NCBI GenBank assembly: GCA_963813815.1
Contig: CAWFAD010000007.1
Coordinates: 256,001 to 320,000, forward strand
DNA: 64,000 bases
Reading direction: 5' to 3'
DNA from: an uncultured bacterium
Lineage (GTDB): Bacteria > Krumholzibacteriota > Krumholzibacteriia > Krumholzibacteriales > Krumholzibacteriaceae
Below, piece by piece: positions 54,903-64,000 of this stretch; position 1 is the stretch's first letter; the number at the start of each line of letters is the position of its first letter. The notes under the pieces are model-generated. The model saw only the letters and a program-made list of their open reading frames with translations, was not told the origin of the DNA and did not search any database. Position numbers and translations under genes: made by a program.

Positions 54903-56288
54903 ATGAGCTGCGGCAAGTCACATGGCAGGGTAACGATCGCCCCGAACGAGGTTCACCAGAGCCTCGCCAAGCACATGCTCGTCGACGGTTTTCCCTTCAT
55001 CCTCGATATGGATCGAAGCCACGGGACCTATTTGGTCGACAAGGCGACGGGCAAGGAGTACCTCGATTTCTTCACCTACTTCGCCTCGAACGCCCTCGGC
55101 CACAATCATCCCGGTCTCATGGAAAAGAGCTTCCACAAGCGCATCGGCGAGATCGCGATCGTGAAACCGTCGAACTCCGATCTCTACACGGTCGAAATGG
55201 CCGAGTTCGTCGAGACCTTCGCCCGCGTGGCGGTGCCGCCGGAGCTGCCGAATCTCTTCTTCATCGACGGCGGCGCGCTCGGCGTCGAGAACGCCTTGAA
55301 GGCCGCCTTCGACTGGAAGGTCCGCAAGAATTTCGCGCGGGGCTACAAGGAAGAGAAGGGAACTCAGGTCATCCATTTCCGTGAGGCCTTCCACGGCCGC
55401 ACCGGGTACACGCTCTCCCTCACCAACACCGACCCGGCGAAGACGAACTACTTCCCGAAGTTCAAGTGGCCGCGCATCGAGAACCCGAAGGTCGCCTTCC
55501 CCATGGAGAGGCATCTCGACACGATCGTCGCCGCCGAGAAACGCGCGGTCGAGGCGATCGAGAAGGCGATCGCGGAGAACAAGGACGATATCGCCGCCAT
55601 CATCATCGAGCCGATTCAGGGGGAGGGCGGGGACAACCATTTCCGCGGAGAGTTTTTCCGCGAGCTCCGCAGAATCGCCGACGAGCGCGAGGTTATCCTC
55701 GTGTTCGACGAGGTGCAGACGGGCATGGGCGCGACGGGCAAGATGTGGTGCTACGAGCACTTCGGCATCCGTCCGGACATCCTCGCCTTCGGCAAAAAAG
55801 CGCAGGTTTGCGGCATCATGGCGAGCAACCGGCTGAATGAGGTCGAGAGCGTATTCAAGGTCTCGAGCCGCATCAACTCGACCTGGGGCGGAAACCTCGT
55901 CGACATGTACCGCGCCAAGCGCATACTCGAGGTCATGGAGGAGGACCATCTCGTCGAGAACGCCGCGAAGATGGGAGCGGTGCTCGAGAAGCATCTCGTC
56001 GATCTCGAGAAGCGCTGGCCGGATCTCATCTCGAACGCTCGCGGCAAGGGGCTCTTCTGCGCGTTCGATCTGCCCGACGCGGCGTGCCGCGACGCGCTGC
56101 TGACGACGATCATCAAGCACGGTCTTCTCGTTCTCAAGTGCGGAACGAAGACGATTCGCTTCCGCCCGCCGCTCAACGTGAAGAAGGAAGAGATCGACAA
56201 GGCGGCCGGCATCATCGAGGCGGCTCTCAAGGAATACCGCGGGCACGCGTGCGCGGGGGACGCCTCGGGCGCCGTGCATACCGAGTAA
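54903..56288 (+). CDS. lat: L-lysine 6-transaminase
   Basis: HMLVDG, KPSNSD, KAAFDWK, GEGGDNHF, FGKKAQVCG, NSTWGGN. Confidence 0.92.
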   Translation: MSCGKSHGRVTIAPNEVHQSLAKHMLVDGFPFILDMDRSHGTYLVDKATGKEYLDFFTYFASNALGHNHPGLMEKSFHKRIGEIAIVKPSNSDLYTVEMAEFVETFARVAVPPELPNLFFIDGGALGVENALKAAFDWKVRKNFARGYKEEKGTQVIHFREAFHGRTGYTLSLTNTDPAKTNYFPKFKWPRIENPKVAFPMERHLDTIVAAEKRAVEAIEKAIAENKDDIAAIIIEPIQGEGGDNHFRGEFFRELRRIADEREVILVFDEVQTGMGATGKMWCYEHFGIRPDILAFGKKAQVCGIMASNRLNEVESVFKVSSRINSTWGGNLVDMYRAKRILEVMEEDHLVENAAKMGAVLEKHLVDLEKRWPDLISNARGKGLFCAFDLPDAACRDALLTTIIKHGLLVLKCGTKTIRFRPPLNVKKEEIDKAAGIIEAALKEYRGHACAGDASGAVHTE

Positions 56289-56340
56289 AGCCGGGCTCCG
56301 GCCCGAGAGACGAAGTCATGCCCTCCCCCCGGCGAGGGCA

Positions 56341-56370
56341 AAACGGCCCTCCCCGATGGGAGGGCCGTTT
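56341..56370. terminator. Bidirectional terminator
   Basis: aaacggccctcc-N-ggagggccgttt between convergent genes. Confidence 0.75.
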
Positions 56371-56394
56371 CATGTCGGGGCTCGGTCGGGCCGC

Positions 56395-56667
56395 CTATTT
56401 TTTCTTGTGATCCTTTGTCTTCGTGGAATCGTGCTCGATGGCGCCGCCGGATCCGCTCTTCTCCTCGGTCTCCCGTTTCTTGAAATCCTGCTTGCGGTAA
56501 TCGGTCGTGTAGAAGCCGCTTCCCTTGAGAATGTGCCCGACTGGCTGGATGACGCGATAGACGCCGCCGCGGCATTTCGGGCAGCGGCGGCGCGGCGGGT
56601 CCGTGATGCGTTGATCGAAATCGAACTCGTGCCCGCACTTCTCGCATGAGTATCTATAGGTGACCAC
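56395..56667 (-). CDS. FmdB family zinc-ribbon protein
   Basis: Y.Y.CEKCGH.F...CPKC...KGSGFYTTDY. Confidence 0.9.
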   Translation of the reverse strand: MVTYRYSCEKCGHEFDFDQRITDPPRRRCPKCRGGVYRVIQPVGHILKGSGFYTTDYRKQDFKKRETEEKSGSGGAIEHDSTKTKDHKKK

Positions 56668-56870
56668 GGCTTTTCCTTTCGAGAGGGCCTCTCGGCCCGC
56701 ACCGGGAAAAAGTATACGCCGGACGCGGAAAAATCAAGGGAAAGGTGCCGGGGGCGCCGGGCCCGCTCATGCCACTATCTTCTTGCCGCGAATTATGTTA
56801 CAATATACCTTTAACCCGGTTCTCACGGTTTCGGACAACGCGGAAGCAACATCGATCCCAGGAGGCTTTC

Positions 56871-59183
56871 ATGAAACGATCAAGCGTCGTGGCAGCGCTC
56901 GTTCTCCTCGCGGTTGCGCTCATCGCGGCGATCGCGCCGGCGACGGCCGGAGAGGTGACCGCGCTCGTGCGAGTCCAGCTCGGCAAGGGGCTCGATCAGC
57001 GCGCGCTCGTCGAACACGACGTCGATATACTGCTGATCCGGCCCGACGGGCTCGCCGACCTCGCCGTCACGGACGAGCAGCTCGCTTGGCTCTCCTCCTT
57101 CGGCGTTCCCGTGGCCGTGCTGGAGCGCACCGCGCTCGCGGGGACCGCCGCGATCGACGCGAACCTCGGGGCCTACTACACCTACGCGGAGATGGAGGCC
57201 TCCCTCGACTCGCTGGCGGAGCGATTCCCCGCTCTCACGCGGATCGACACGCTCGGGACGAGCATCGAGGGCCGGCTCATCCGCGCGATCAAGATTTCTG
57301 ACAACGCCGCGGTCGACGAGGCGGAGCCCGAGGCGCTCATCATCGCCTGCCTCCACGCGCGGGAGATCATGACGGTGGATGTGACGCTGCGGTTCGCCGC
57401 GTACCTGCTCGAGCACTACGGGGACCCGCGCGTCGCAGAGATCGTCGACAACCGGGAAGTATGGATCGTTCCGATGACCAACCCCGACGGACACGTTTAC
57501 GTCGAGATGAACCACGACGACGCGTCCTACACCTGGTGGCGGAAGAACCGCCGCCTGAACCTCGACGGAAGCTACGGCGTCGATCTCAACCGGAACTTCG
57601 GCTATATGTGGGGATACGACGACGTCGGGAGCTCGCCGACTCCTTCGTCGCTCCTCTACCGCGGAACGGCGCCCTTCAGCGAGCCCGAGACGCAGGCCGT
57701 GCGGGATTTCTGCGCGGCGCACGAGTTCACGGTGAATCTCTCGTACCACTCCTACGGCGAGCTCATTCTGTATCCGTGGGGATACGCGCCGATTTTCCCC
57801 GACGATCAGGAGCTCTTTTCGGCGCTCGGGGACTCGCTTTCCGAAGGGAACGACTATCTCGTCGGCAACTCGGCGACGGGCGCGATCTACATCACGAACG
57901 GAGGCAGCGACGACTGGATGTACGGCGACGTCGTCTCCAAGAACCGCGTCTTCGGTTTCACGATCGAGCTCAACACCTACGAAGAGGGCGGGTTTGGCCC
58001 CCCCGAGTCGCTCATTCTCCCGACGTTCAACAAAATGCTCGAGCTCAACCTGCGGTTCCTCGAGTACGCGGACAATCCGGCGCGCATGCTCGGGCCGCTG
58101 GCGCCCGAAATGAACGCGATCACGATGCTCAACCCGCCCGCCTACGAGATATCGTGGCTGCCGGATGGGGACGACCCCAACCCCGCGCTGTCCTACGACC
58201 TCGTTGAATACCGGAACCTGCGGAGCGTGATCGACAGCTGCGAGGCGGGGGACGAGCTGTGGACGCCGGACGGCTTCACGATCTCGACGGCGCGCGTGAA
58301 GGTGGGGGCCGCGAGCTGGTACTCGGGGACCGGAGACAATCTCAAGAACACCCTCTCCATGACCTATCTCTACCCGATGGGCTATCCCGCCACGTTCACG
58401 TGCTGGCTCTGGTACGACATCGAGACCAACTACGATTACGCGTATCTCGAGGTGAGCGCGGATCAGGGCGTGAAGTGGAGCACCGTGCCGGGCAACCGGA
58501 CGACGGACTCCGATCCGAACGGCGTAAACAGGGGGAACGGCATCACGGGAAAGACGGGCAGCTGGACCTCGGCGACCTTCGACCTCACGGGCTTTCTCAC
58601 GGGCGGCAACGGGTACCTCCTCGTCCGGTTCTCGTACGAGACGGACAGCGCCGTGTACGAGGAGGGGCTCTACGTCGATCTCACATCGCCGACGGTCCGC
58701 TGCGACGGACGCACGACCCTCGCGAGCGGCCTTCGGGAGACGTGGTATCACCGCTGGCCCTCGGAGCTCGGAACGTACGCCTACCTTGCGCGCGGCATCG
58801 ACGCCGACGGGCAATTGGGCCGCTGGAGCGGTCTCGCGACGCACGTCGTCGACGACCTCACGGACGCGCCGCCGCAGCCGCCGCTCCGCTCCGCGCTCGC
58901 GCAGAACTTCCCGAATCCCTTCAATCCCTCGACCGCCCTATCCTTTACCGTGGGTGCGGACGAGGCGCCCGCCGGCGCGGCCGTGCCGGTGCGGCTCGAG
59001 CTGTTCGACGTCGCGGGCAGACGGATCGCCGTTCTCGTCGACGCGGCGCTCGAGCCGGGCGTATACTCGGCCCCTTGGAGCGCCCGCTCCTCGAGCGGGC
59101 GGCCGGTCGCGGCGGGGGTGTACCTCGCGCGGCTCGCCGTGGGGGAGAGAACGTTCACCCGGAAGCTCGTGCTCGTGCGGTAA
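56871..59183 (+). CDS. M14 carboxypeptidase T-like protein with beta-sandwich domain and FlgD/T9SS-type C-terminal tail
   Basis: HARE, RKNRR, DLNRNF, YHSY, TIEL; YDIETNYDYAYLEVS; QNFPNPFNPST...GVYLARL...RKLVLVR. Confidence 0.9.
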   Translation: MKRSSVVAALVLLAVALIAAIAPATAGEVTALVRVQLGKGLDQRALVEHDVDILLIRPDGLADLAVTDEQLAWLSSFGVPVAVLERTALAGTAAIDANLGAYYTYAEMEASLDSLAERFPALTRIDTLGTSIEGRLIRAIKISDNAAVDEAEPEALIIACLHAREIMTVDVTLRFAAYLLEHYGDPRVAEIVDNREVWIVPMTNPDGHVYVEMNHDDASYTWWRKNRRLNLDGSYGVDLNRNFGYMWGYDDVGSSPTPSSLLYRGTAPFSEPETQAVRDFCAAHEFTVNLSYHSYGELILYPWGYAPIFPDDQELFSALGDSLSEGNDYLVGNSATGAIYITNGGSDDWMYGDVVSKNRVFGFTIELNTYEEGGFGPPESLILPTFNKMLELNLRFLEYADNPARMLGPLAPEMNAITMLNPPAYEISWLPDGDDPNPALSYDLVEYRNLRSVIDSCEAGDELWTPDGFTISTARVKVGAASWYSGTGDNLKNTLSMTYLYPMGYPATFTCWLWYDIETNYDYAYLEVSADQGVKWSTVPGNRTTDSDPNGVNRGNGITGKTGSWTSATFDLTGFLTGGNGYLLVRFSYETDSAVYEEGLYVDLTSPTVRCDGRTTLASGLRETWYHRWPSELGTYAYLARGIDADGQLGRWSGLATHVVDDLTDAPPQPPLRSALAQNFPNPFNPSTALSFTVGADEAPAGAAVPVRLELFDVAGRRIAVLVDAALEPGVYSAPWSARSSSGRPVAAGVYLARLAVGERTFTRKLVLVR

Positions 59184-59223
59184 CGGCGCGTCGGGCGAAC
59201 GACGCATCGAGCGGGGTTCACGG

Positions 59224-60210
59224 ATGAAGTGGAAATATCTCGTCGGGATTCTCATGAGCGCGACCTTCGTCTTCCTCGCGTTCCGAAAAGTGAATTTCGA
59301 CGAGCTCGGCGCGGCCCTCGGGAGCGCCCGCTACGAGATGGTCATCCCGGCCGTCGTCCTCATGGTCGCGAGTCTGTGGCTCCGCGCGCTGCGCTGGCGC
59401 TATTTGATGGCGCCGGTCAAGCGGATCGGTTTCGGGAGCCTGTTCCGCTCCATGTCGATTGGACTGATGGCCAACAACGTTCTCCCCGCGCGAATCGGTG
59501 AGCTCGCCCGGGCGCACGTAATCGGCGAAAAGGAAACGATCAGCCGGAGCGCCGCTTTCGCCACGATCGTCGTCGAGCGCGTGTTCGACGGCCTGACGCT
59601 TCTGTGCATTCTGGGTATCGTTTTGCTCGCCGGCCTGGATTTCCCCCCGTGGCTCCAAAGAGCCTCCGTCGCCGCGATCGTCTTTTACGGCTGTGCGCTC
59701 GTCGTCCTCGCGGTATTCTTCCTGAGGGCTCAGGCGGTCCTGCTGCTTGTGGAACGGCTCGCGCGGCCGCTCCCGGCCCGAGCACGGGAAACGATAAACC
59801 GCGCGGCGCGCGCGTTCGCGAAGGGGCTCGGCGTTCTCGGTTCGGGCCCGGACGTCCTGATTGCCGCGGCCATTTCGCCGCTCGTCTGGCTGCCGGGCGT
59901 GGCGATGATCCATCTGCTTCTCTACTCGTTCGGCATTCATCTGCCGGCGGCGATTTCGTTTCTTCTGCAGGTTGCGCTCTGCATCGGGGTTATGATACCA
60001 TCGGCCCCCGGATACATCGGCACGATCCAATACGTCAGCGTCGCCGTGCTCGGCCTGTTCGGCGTCGCCAGCGGGCAAGCGTTGAGCTTTTCGCTCGTGT
60101 ATCACGCGTGCGTGTTCGTGCCGGTCGTGGCCATCGGGCTTGTGTGCCTCGCGATCGAACGGGTTTCGTTCAGCGAGATCAACGTGCTGGCGAAACGCCG
60201 CGCCGAGTGA
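59224..60210 (+). CDS. Lysylphosphatidylglycerol-synthase TM domain (UPF0104 flippase-like) protein
   Basis: RALRW, NNVLPARIGE..R, VERVFD, PSAPGYIG. Confidence 0.88.
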   Translation: MKWKYLVGILMSATFVFLAFRKVNFDELGAALGSARYEMVIPAVVLMVASLWLRALRWRYLMAPVKRIGFGSLFRSMSIGLMANNVLPARIGELARAHVIGEKETISRSAAFATIVVERVFDGLTLLCILGIVLLAGLDFPPWLQRASVAAIVFYGCALVVLAVFFLRAQAVLLLVERLARPLPARARETINRAARAFAKGLGVLGSGPDVLIAAAISPLVWLPGVAMIHLLLYSFGIHLPAAISFLLQVALCIGVMIPSAPGYIGTIQYVSVAVLGLFGVASGQALSFSLVYHACVFVPVVAIGLVCLAIERVSFSEINVLAKRRAE

Positions 60211-60277
60211 CCGGTTCGATCGCCGGGGGCCGGGCAAGTCGATCCTCTCCCGGAACGAACAGCGAAAGGAGCGGGGA

Positions 60278-61222
60278 ATGAACAGACTGTACAGCGCGGC
60301 CAAACAAGCGATCGTGGGATCGCTCAAGATCAAGAAGGGGGAGAAGCTGCTCCTCGTCACGGACAAGCAGAAGATGCCGATCGCCGAAGCGCTCGCATTC
60401 TGGGCGAATAAGCAGGGTGCCGAGACGACCACCTACCTCATGACGGAGACCCTTCGGCCGATCGCCGCTCCGACGTCGATCTTCAAGACGATGATCGAGC
60501 AGGCGAACGTCACGATGTATATGCTCGAGGGCCGTGTCGCCGAAAAGCCCTTCCGCGGCTTCATGGTGGCGAACGGAGCCAAATTCGGCCGCATCTGCAT
60601 GATGCCCGGCATCACGGTCGACATGATGGAACGTCTCGTTAACATCGATTTCTCGAAGATGGACGCCCTCACCCGGAAGGTCATCCGGACCATCAAGGAC
60701 TGCCCCGCCGTGCGCGTCACGAACAGACTCGGCACGGACATAACGTTCAGCGTCGCCGGGCGCACATGGGAGAACGACAACGGCGACATCGGCGCGCCGG
60801 GAAAACACGGCAATCTGCCAGCCGGCGAATGTTACACCGCGCCGGTGGAAAGCACCTTCACCGGGAAAATCGTCTTCAGCCTCATCGACGACAAGGTCGG
60901 CAGGGGAGAGATGGTGTTCAAGAAAGGCATTCTCGAAAGCTGGCGCGGGAAGGGGATCGAGGAGATCATGAAGGGGATCGGCTCCGACCGGACCGGACGC
61001 ATGATCGGAGAGTTCGGCATCGGCACGAACAAGGGCGCCAAGATCTGCAAGAACATGCTCGAGGCGGAGAAGGCTTTCGGCACCGTTCATTTCGCCATCG
61101 GGGACAGCTACGGTCTCGGGAAGAGCAAAAGCAAGTTCCATTTCGACGCGCTCGTCGAAAAGGTGACGCTCGTCGCCGGACGAAAGACGCTCATACAGAA
61201 CGGAAATTATCTCGTGAAGTGA
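60278..61222 (+). CDS. M29-like (aminopeptidase T) metallopeptidase
   Basis: GNLPAGE, GEFGIGTN, EK..GTVHFAIG, HFD. Confidence 0.85.
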   Translation: MNRLYSAAKQAIVGSLKIKKGEKLLLVTDKQKMPIAEALAFWANKQGAETTTYLMTETLRPIAAPTSIFKTMIEQANVTMYMLEGRVAEKPFRGFMVANGAKFGRICMMPGITVDMMERLVNIDFSKMDALTRKVIRTIKDCPAVRVTNRLGTDITFSVAGRTWENDNGDIGAPGKHGNLPAGECYTAPVESTFTGKIVFSLIDDKVGRGEMVFKKGILESWRGKGIEEIMKGIGSDRTGRMIGEFGIGTNKGAKICKNMLEAEKAFGTVHFAIGDSYGLGKSKSKFHFDALVEKVTLVAGRKTLIQNGNYLVK

Positions 61223-61250
61223 ACGTCGCGGAGGCGCTTCGACATCGCCG

Positions 61251-62711
61251 TCAGAGGGACGGGCCCGGCTGCAACCGGGCCCGTTTGCGTTTCACGACGA
61301 TGTTGCGCGCAGCGGCGATGAGTCCGAAGAAAATCCAGATGAAATACATGTAAACGTCGTTCCGAGGGTAATCGACCTTTATCTGATCGATCATGAAGAT
61401 CAGGAGCGTGACGTTGAATATCATGAGAAGGGCGTCCGGGAAAGACGATCGTCGAATCGAACTTCCGAGCGTCACTGAGCTCGCCCGCCAAAGACGCCAG
61501 AGAAGGAACAGGAACGTGGAAAGTCCGAACAACCCCGTGATATTGAAGTAGAAAAGATAGAGATTGTGGGGCCAGAGGGCGGTTTCGAACGCCTTCGAAA
61601 AATCCCATCCGGGGCCGTGCCCGATGATCGGATGCTCGAGAGCGCGTGCGAGCGCGCCGCCCCAGGCGAGAACGCGGTTCTCGGGAATGACACCGACTTC
61701 GAAGGTCGTCTCGATCATTCGGCCGAAGAGGGATCCGGAAATCGTATACCGAGCCACGAGGAAATCGACGACGAGAACGAGCACGAGAAACGACGACAGG
61801 AGCGATACGAGCCGCACGAAGGTGAGATCGCGCCGGAAGGTCCACGCCATGTAGACGAGCCCGACTGAAAGGCTGATGAACGCCCCGCGCGTTATCGTCG
61901 AAAACATCATGACGATATCCGCCAGGAGAAGCAGCGTGTAGAGACTCCGCGTCAGAGAGCGCGTCGATCGTATCAACATCAGCAGAATAAAGGGGACGTT
62001 CATCGCGAAGAACTCGGCGACGAGCTCGAAATCATGGAACGGTCCGCCGACCCGGACATCCTTCATGACGAGCTGCACCTTATGCTGCGTGTACAGCCAG
62101 CCGGGAATGAGCGGCCTTCCTGGGAAGAGCATCTCGAGAATCGTGAAGGCGATGACCGCCGTCGCCGTTATCATCATGACGCGCATCGCCGTTTCGAGAC
62201 GCTTCTCCGTGTCGACGAAATTGGTGATCATGTAGAACAGGAGCACGCAGGCGATCACATTTCCGGTGTGCACGAAAGCAAAGCGCAAGGCGTACGGTTC
62301 CGTGGATAGATTGTAGAAAGAGACCATGTACGACATCATGAAGAGGGCGATCGGTAGATTGAACGTCCGGTCCAGGCGGAACGTGGCGATTCTGGCAGAA
62401 ACGCGAATGAGGTATATGAGGAACACTGCGATGACGAACACGAACGTCGAGTTTCCGACGACGATCGCGAAAGGGAAAGGATAAATGACGAGCAGAATCC
62501 AGAGGGCGTTGATCGTCGAGTTGGACCAGAGGACGTAAACGAGCAAAGCGCCCGCAACGGCTTCGATCATGCGTTTAGCCGGATGCACGATCTGGGAGGC
62601 GAGCAGCGCGCCGGCGCCCGCGATAAAGAGTACGAGCACCGTCCGTGAGAGCACCGGACGCCGGCGGCGGAGCCGCTCGTCGTCCGCAGTTATCGATTCG
62701 GCGTTCTTCAT
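61251..62711 (-). CDS. O-antigen ligase / Wzy-like polymerase
   Basis: Multi-TM; TRG, R..AW, HPIIGHG, PHNLYL. Confidence 0.85.
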   Translation of the reverse strand: MKNAESITADDERLRRRRPVLSRTVLVLFIAGAGALLASQIVHPAKRMIEAVAGALLVYVLWSNSTINALWILLVIYPFPFAIVVGNSTFVFVIAVFLIYLIRVSARIATFRLDRTFNLPIALFMMSYMVSFYNLSTEPYALRFAFVHTGNVIACVLLFYMITNFVDTEKRLETAMRVMMITATAVIAFTILEMLFPGRPLIPGWLYTQHKVQLVMKDVRVGGPFHDFELVAEFFAMNVPFILLMLIRSTRSLTRSLYTLLLLADIVMMFSTITRGAFISLSVGLVYMAWTFRRDLTFVRLVSLLSSFLVLVLVVDFLVARYTISGSLFGRMIETTFEVGVIPENRVLAWGGALARALEHPIIGHGPGWDFSKAFETALWPHNLYLFYFNITGLFGLSTFLFLLWRLWRASSVTLGSSIRRSSFPDALLMIFNVTLLIFMIDQIKVDYPRNDVYMYFIWIFFGLIAAARNIVVKRKRARLQPGPSL

Positions 62712-62767
62712 GGCACTGCTGAGGTCAATGCAATAATAATACCCCCGCGGCCCGGCGGCGACGCTTT

Positions 62768-63943
62768 TCAGGACACGAGATAGATCTCGCGCTGCGGATG
62801 CGAGAGGAATTCTCCTCCGTCGGACCGGACGACAATGATCTCTTCCATCGTCGCAACGCCGTACCCCGCAACGGTAATGCGCGGTTCGAGCGTGTAGACC
62901 TGGTTCTCTTCGATCTTGAGATAGGGGAGATTTCCATAGCGCTCCCACTCGGGGCAGAGGAGCCCCGCGCCGTCGTGCGCGTGCCGGCCCACCTGATGGC
63001 CGAGCGCATGGGGAAACTCGGCGTACCCGCGGTCGGTGATATAGCTTCTCGCGATCGAATCCACGGCTCTTCCTTCCATTCCCGGACGGATCCGATCCGC
63101 GGCGAGGGCGATCGCGTCGCGGATTGTTTCGAACGCCCGCATGACCTCAGTGGGAGCTTCTTTTTCATTTTGGCGCAGGAAGTACCACGTGCGCTGGAGA
63201 TCGGAGACGTAGCGCTCGATCTTCACGCCGAAATCGATGTTGAGAATGTGCCCGGGCTCGATCGCTCGGTCCGTCGGCCCGGCGTGGGCGCCGGCGGATT
63301 CGGGCCCGGTGAACACCGATGGGCAGAGCTCGCGCTCCCAGGCCGGTTCGACTCCCCTGCGGTCCACCTCGCCGAGAATGAACGAGGCAATGTCGCGCTC
63401 GGTCCGGCCGGATTTCATGAATGCCGATACCTGTTCGAAGATCTCTTCGGTGACATCGATGGCTGCGCCGATGCGCCGGATCTCTTCGCGGCTCTTTCGC
63501 CCCCGAAGCTTCGCGACGATGCTCTCGGAGCTCATGAAACGTGCCGCGTAGGGCGTCCCTTCGAGATAGCGGATGAGGCTCAGGAAGAGCCCGTGGCTCA
63601 GCCCGTCGGCCAGGACGGCGCTTTCCGAATAGTTGAGGGCGATCTTCTTCGGAGCGAGCCGATTGAGCTGCTCGATGAGAACTCCCTTGATAGATTGCTG
63701 GTAGCCGATAACGTCATAACCGCCCGTCTCGCGGATGCGAGCCTCGTCGAGGCTCCCGACGATCGCGACGGGCCGGCCGCGCACCGGTATCATGAAGGCC
63801 GAATGCCACGTGCAGTTAGCCCCGAGTATGAGGTCGAGCACGGGATCGCCGTTCACTTCGCTCTCGCGGACGAACGTGAGCCAGAGGTCGATGCCCTCTT
63901 CGGCGAGGATTTCGGCCGATTGGGCGAGCTTCTCCTTGATCAT
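62768..63943 (-). CDS. M24 Xaa-Pro aminopeptidase family
   Basis: IDFG...SDLQRT, HALGHQVG..AHD, TLEP, MEE. Confidence 0.9.
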   Translation of the reverse strand: MIKEKLAQSAEILAEEGIDLWLTFVRESEVNGDPVLDLILGANCTWHSAFMIPVRGRPVAIVGSLDEARIRETGGYDVIGYQQSIKGVLIEQLNRLAPKKIALNYSESAVLADGLSHGLFLSLIRYLEGTPYAARFMSSESIVAKLRGRKSREEIRRIGAAIDVTEEIFEQVSAFMKSGRTERDIASFILGEVDRRGVEPAWERELCPSVFTGPESAGAHAGPTDRAIEPGHILNIDFGVKIERYVSDLQRTWYFLRQNEKEAPTEVMRAFETIRDAIALAADRIRPGMEGRAVDSIARSYITDRGYAEFPHALGHQVGRHAHDGAGLLCPEWERYGNLPYLKIEENQVYTLEPRITVAGYGVATMEEIIVVRSDGGEFLSHPQREIYLVS

Positions 63944-64000
63944 GGCGGCGTGTCCTTTCCCGCTGCGGCATATGGATCAATTCGTTGCACGAAGGCATCA

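Overview
High-GC bacterial chromosomal window, mostly housekeeping. The lineage is probably an uncultivated FCB-group candidate phylum (Latescibacterota/Krumholzibacteriota-like). This is inferred from 16S signatures, T9SS/FlgD-type C-terminal tails and the TrmD GRYKG motif, and was not database-checked. Contents: a yhaM-alr-deoB-deoC operon ending in an internally deleted nucleoside phosphorylase remnant; PBP1A; a complete rrn operon (16S, tRNA-Ile, tRNA-Ala, 23S, 5S); fbp; several secreted proteins and peptidases; scattered surface-polysaccharide genes; the fusA2-yebC-ruvCAB-queA-tgt-yajC-def-fmt-PASTA-rpe cluster; the ffh-rpsP-khpA-rimM-trmD-rplS-rnhB-yraN cluster; a degenerate-looking PIN toxin-antitoxin pair; and lat. 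No CRISPR, transposase, integrase or prophage was seen. Best leads: (1) two unannotated rod-shaped ~100-120 nt RNA candidates, each between a near-consensus sigma70 promoter and a U-tract (53056-53177 minus; 31405-31505 plus); (2) a secreted DUF2271-like protein with both a CxxCH heme-c motif and a TGAT flavinylation-like motif; (3) the pdp deletion scar; (4) a sigma54 promoter ahead of a peptidase/propeller pair, a duplicated operator at lat, and a hairpin-split ribosome binding site. All product calls come from motif recognition by eye.
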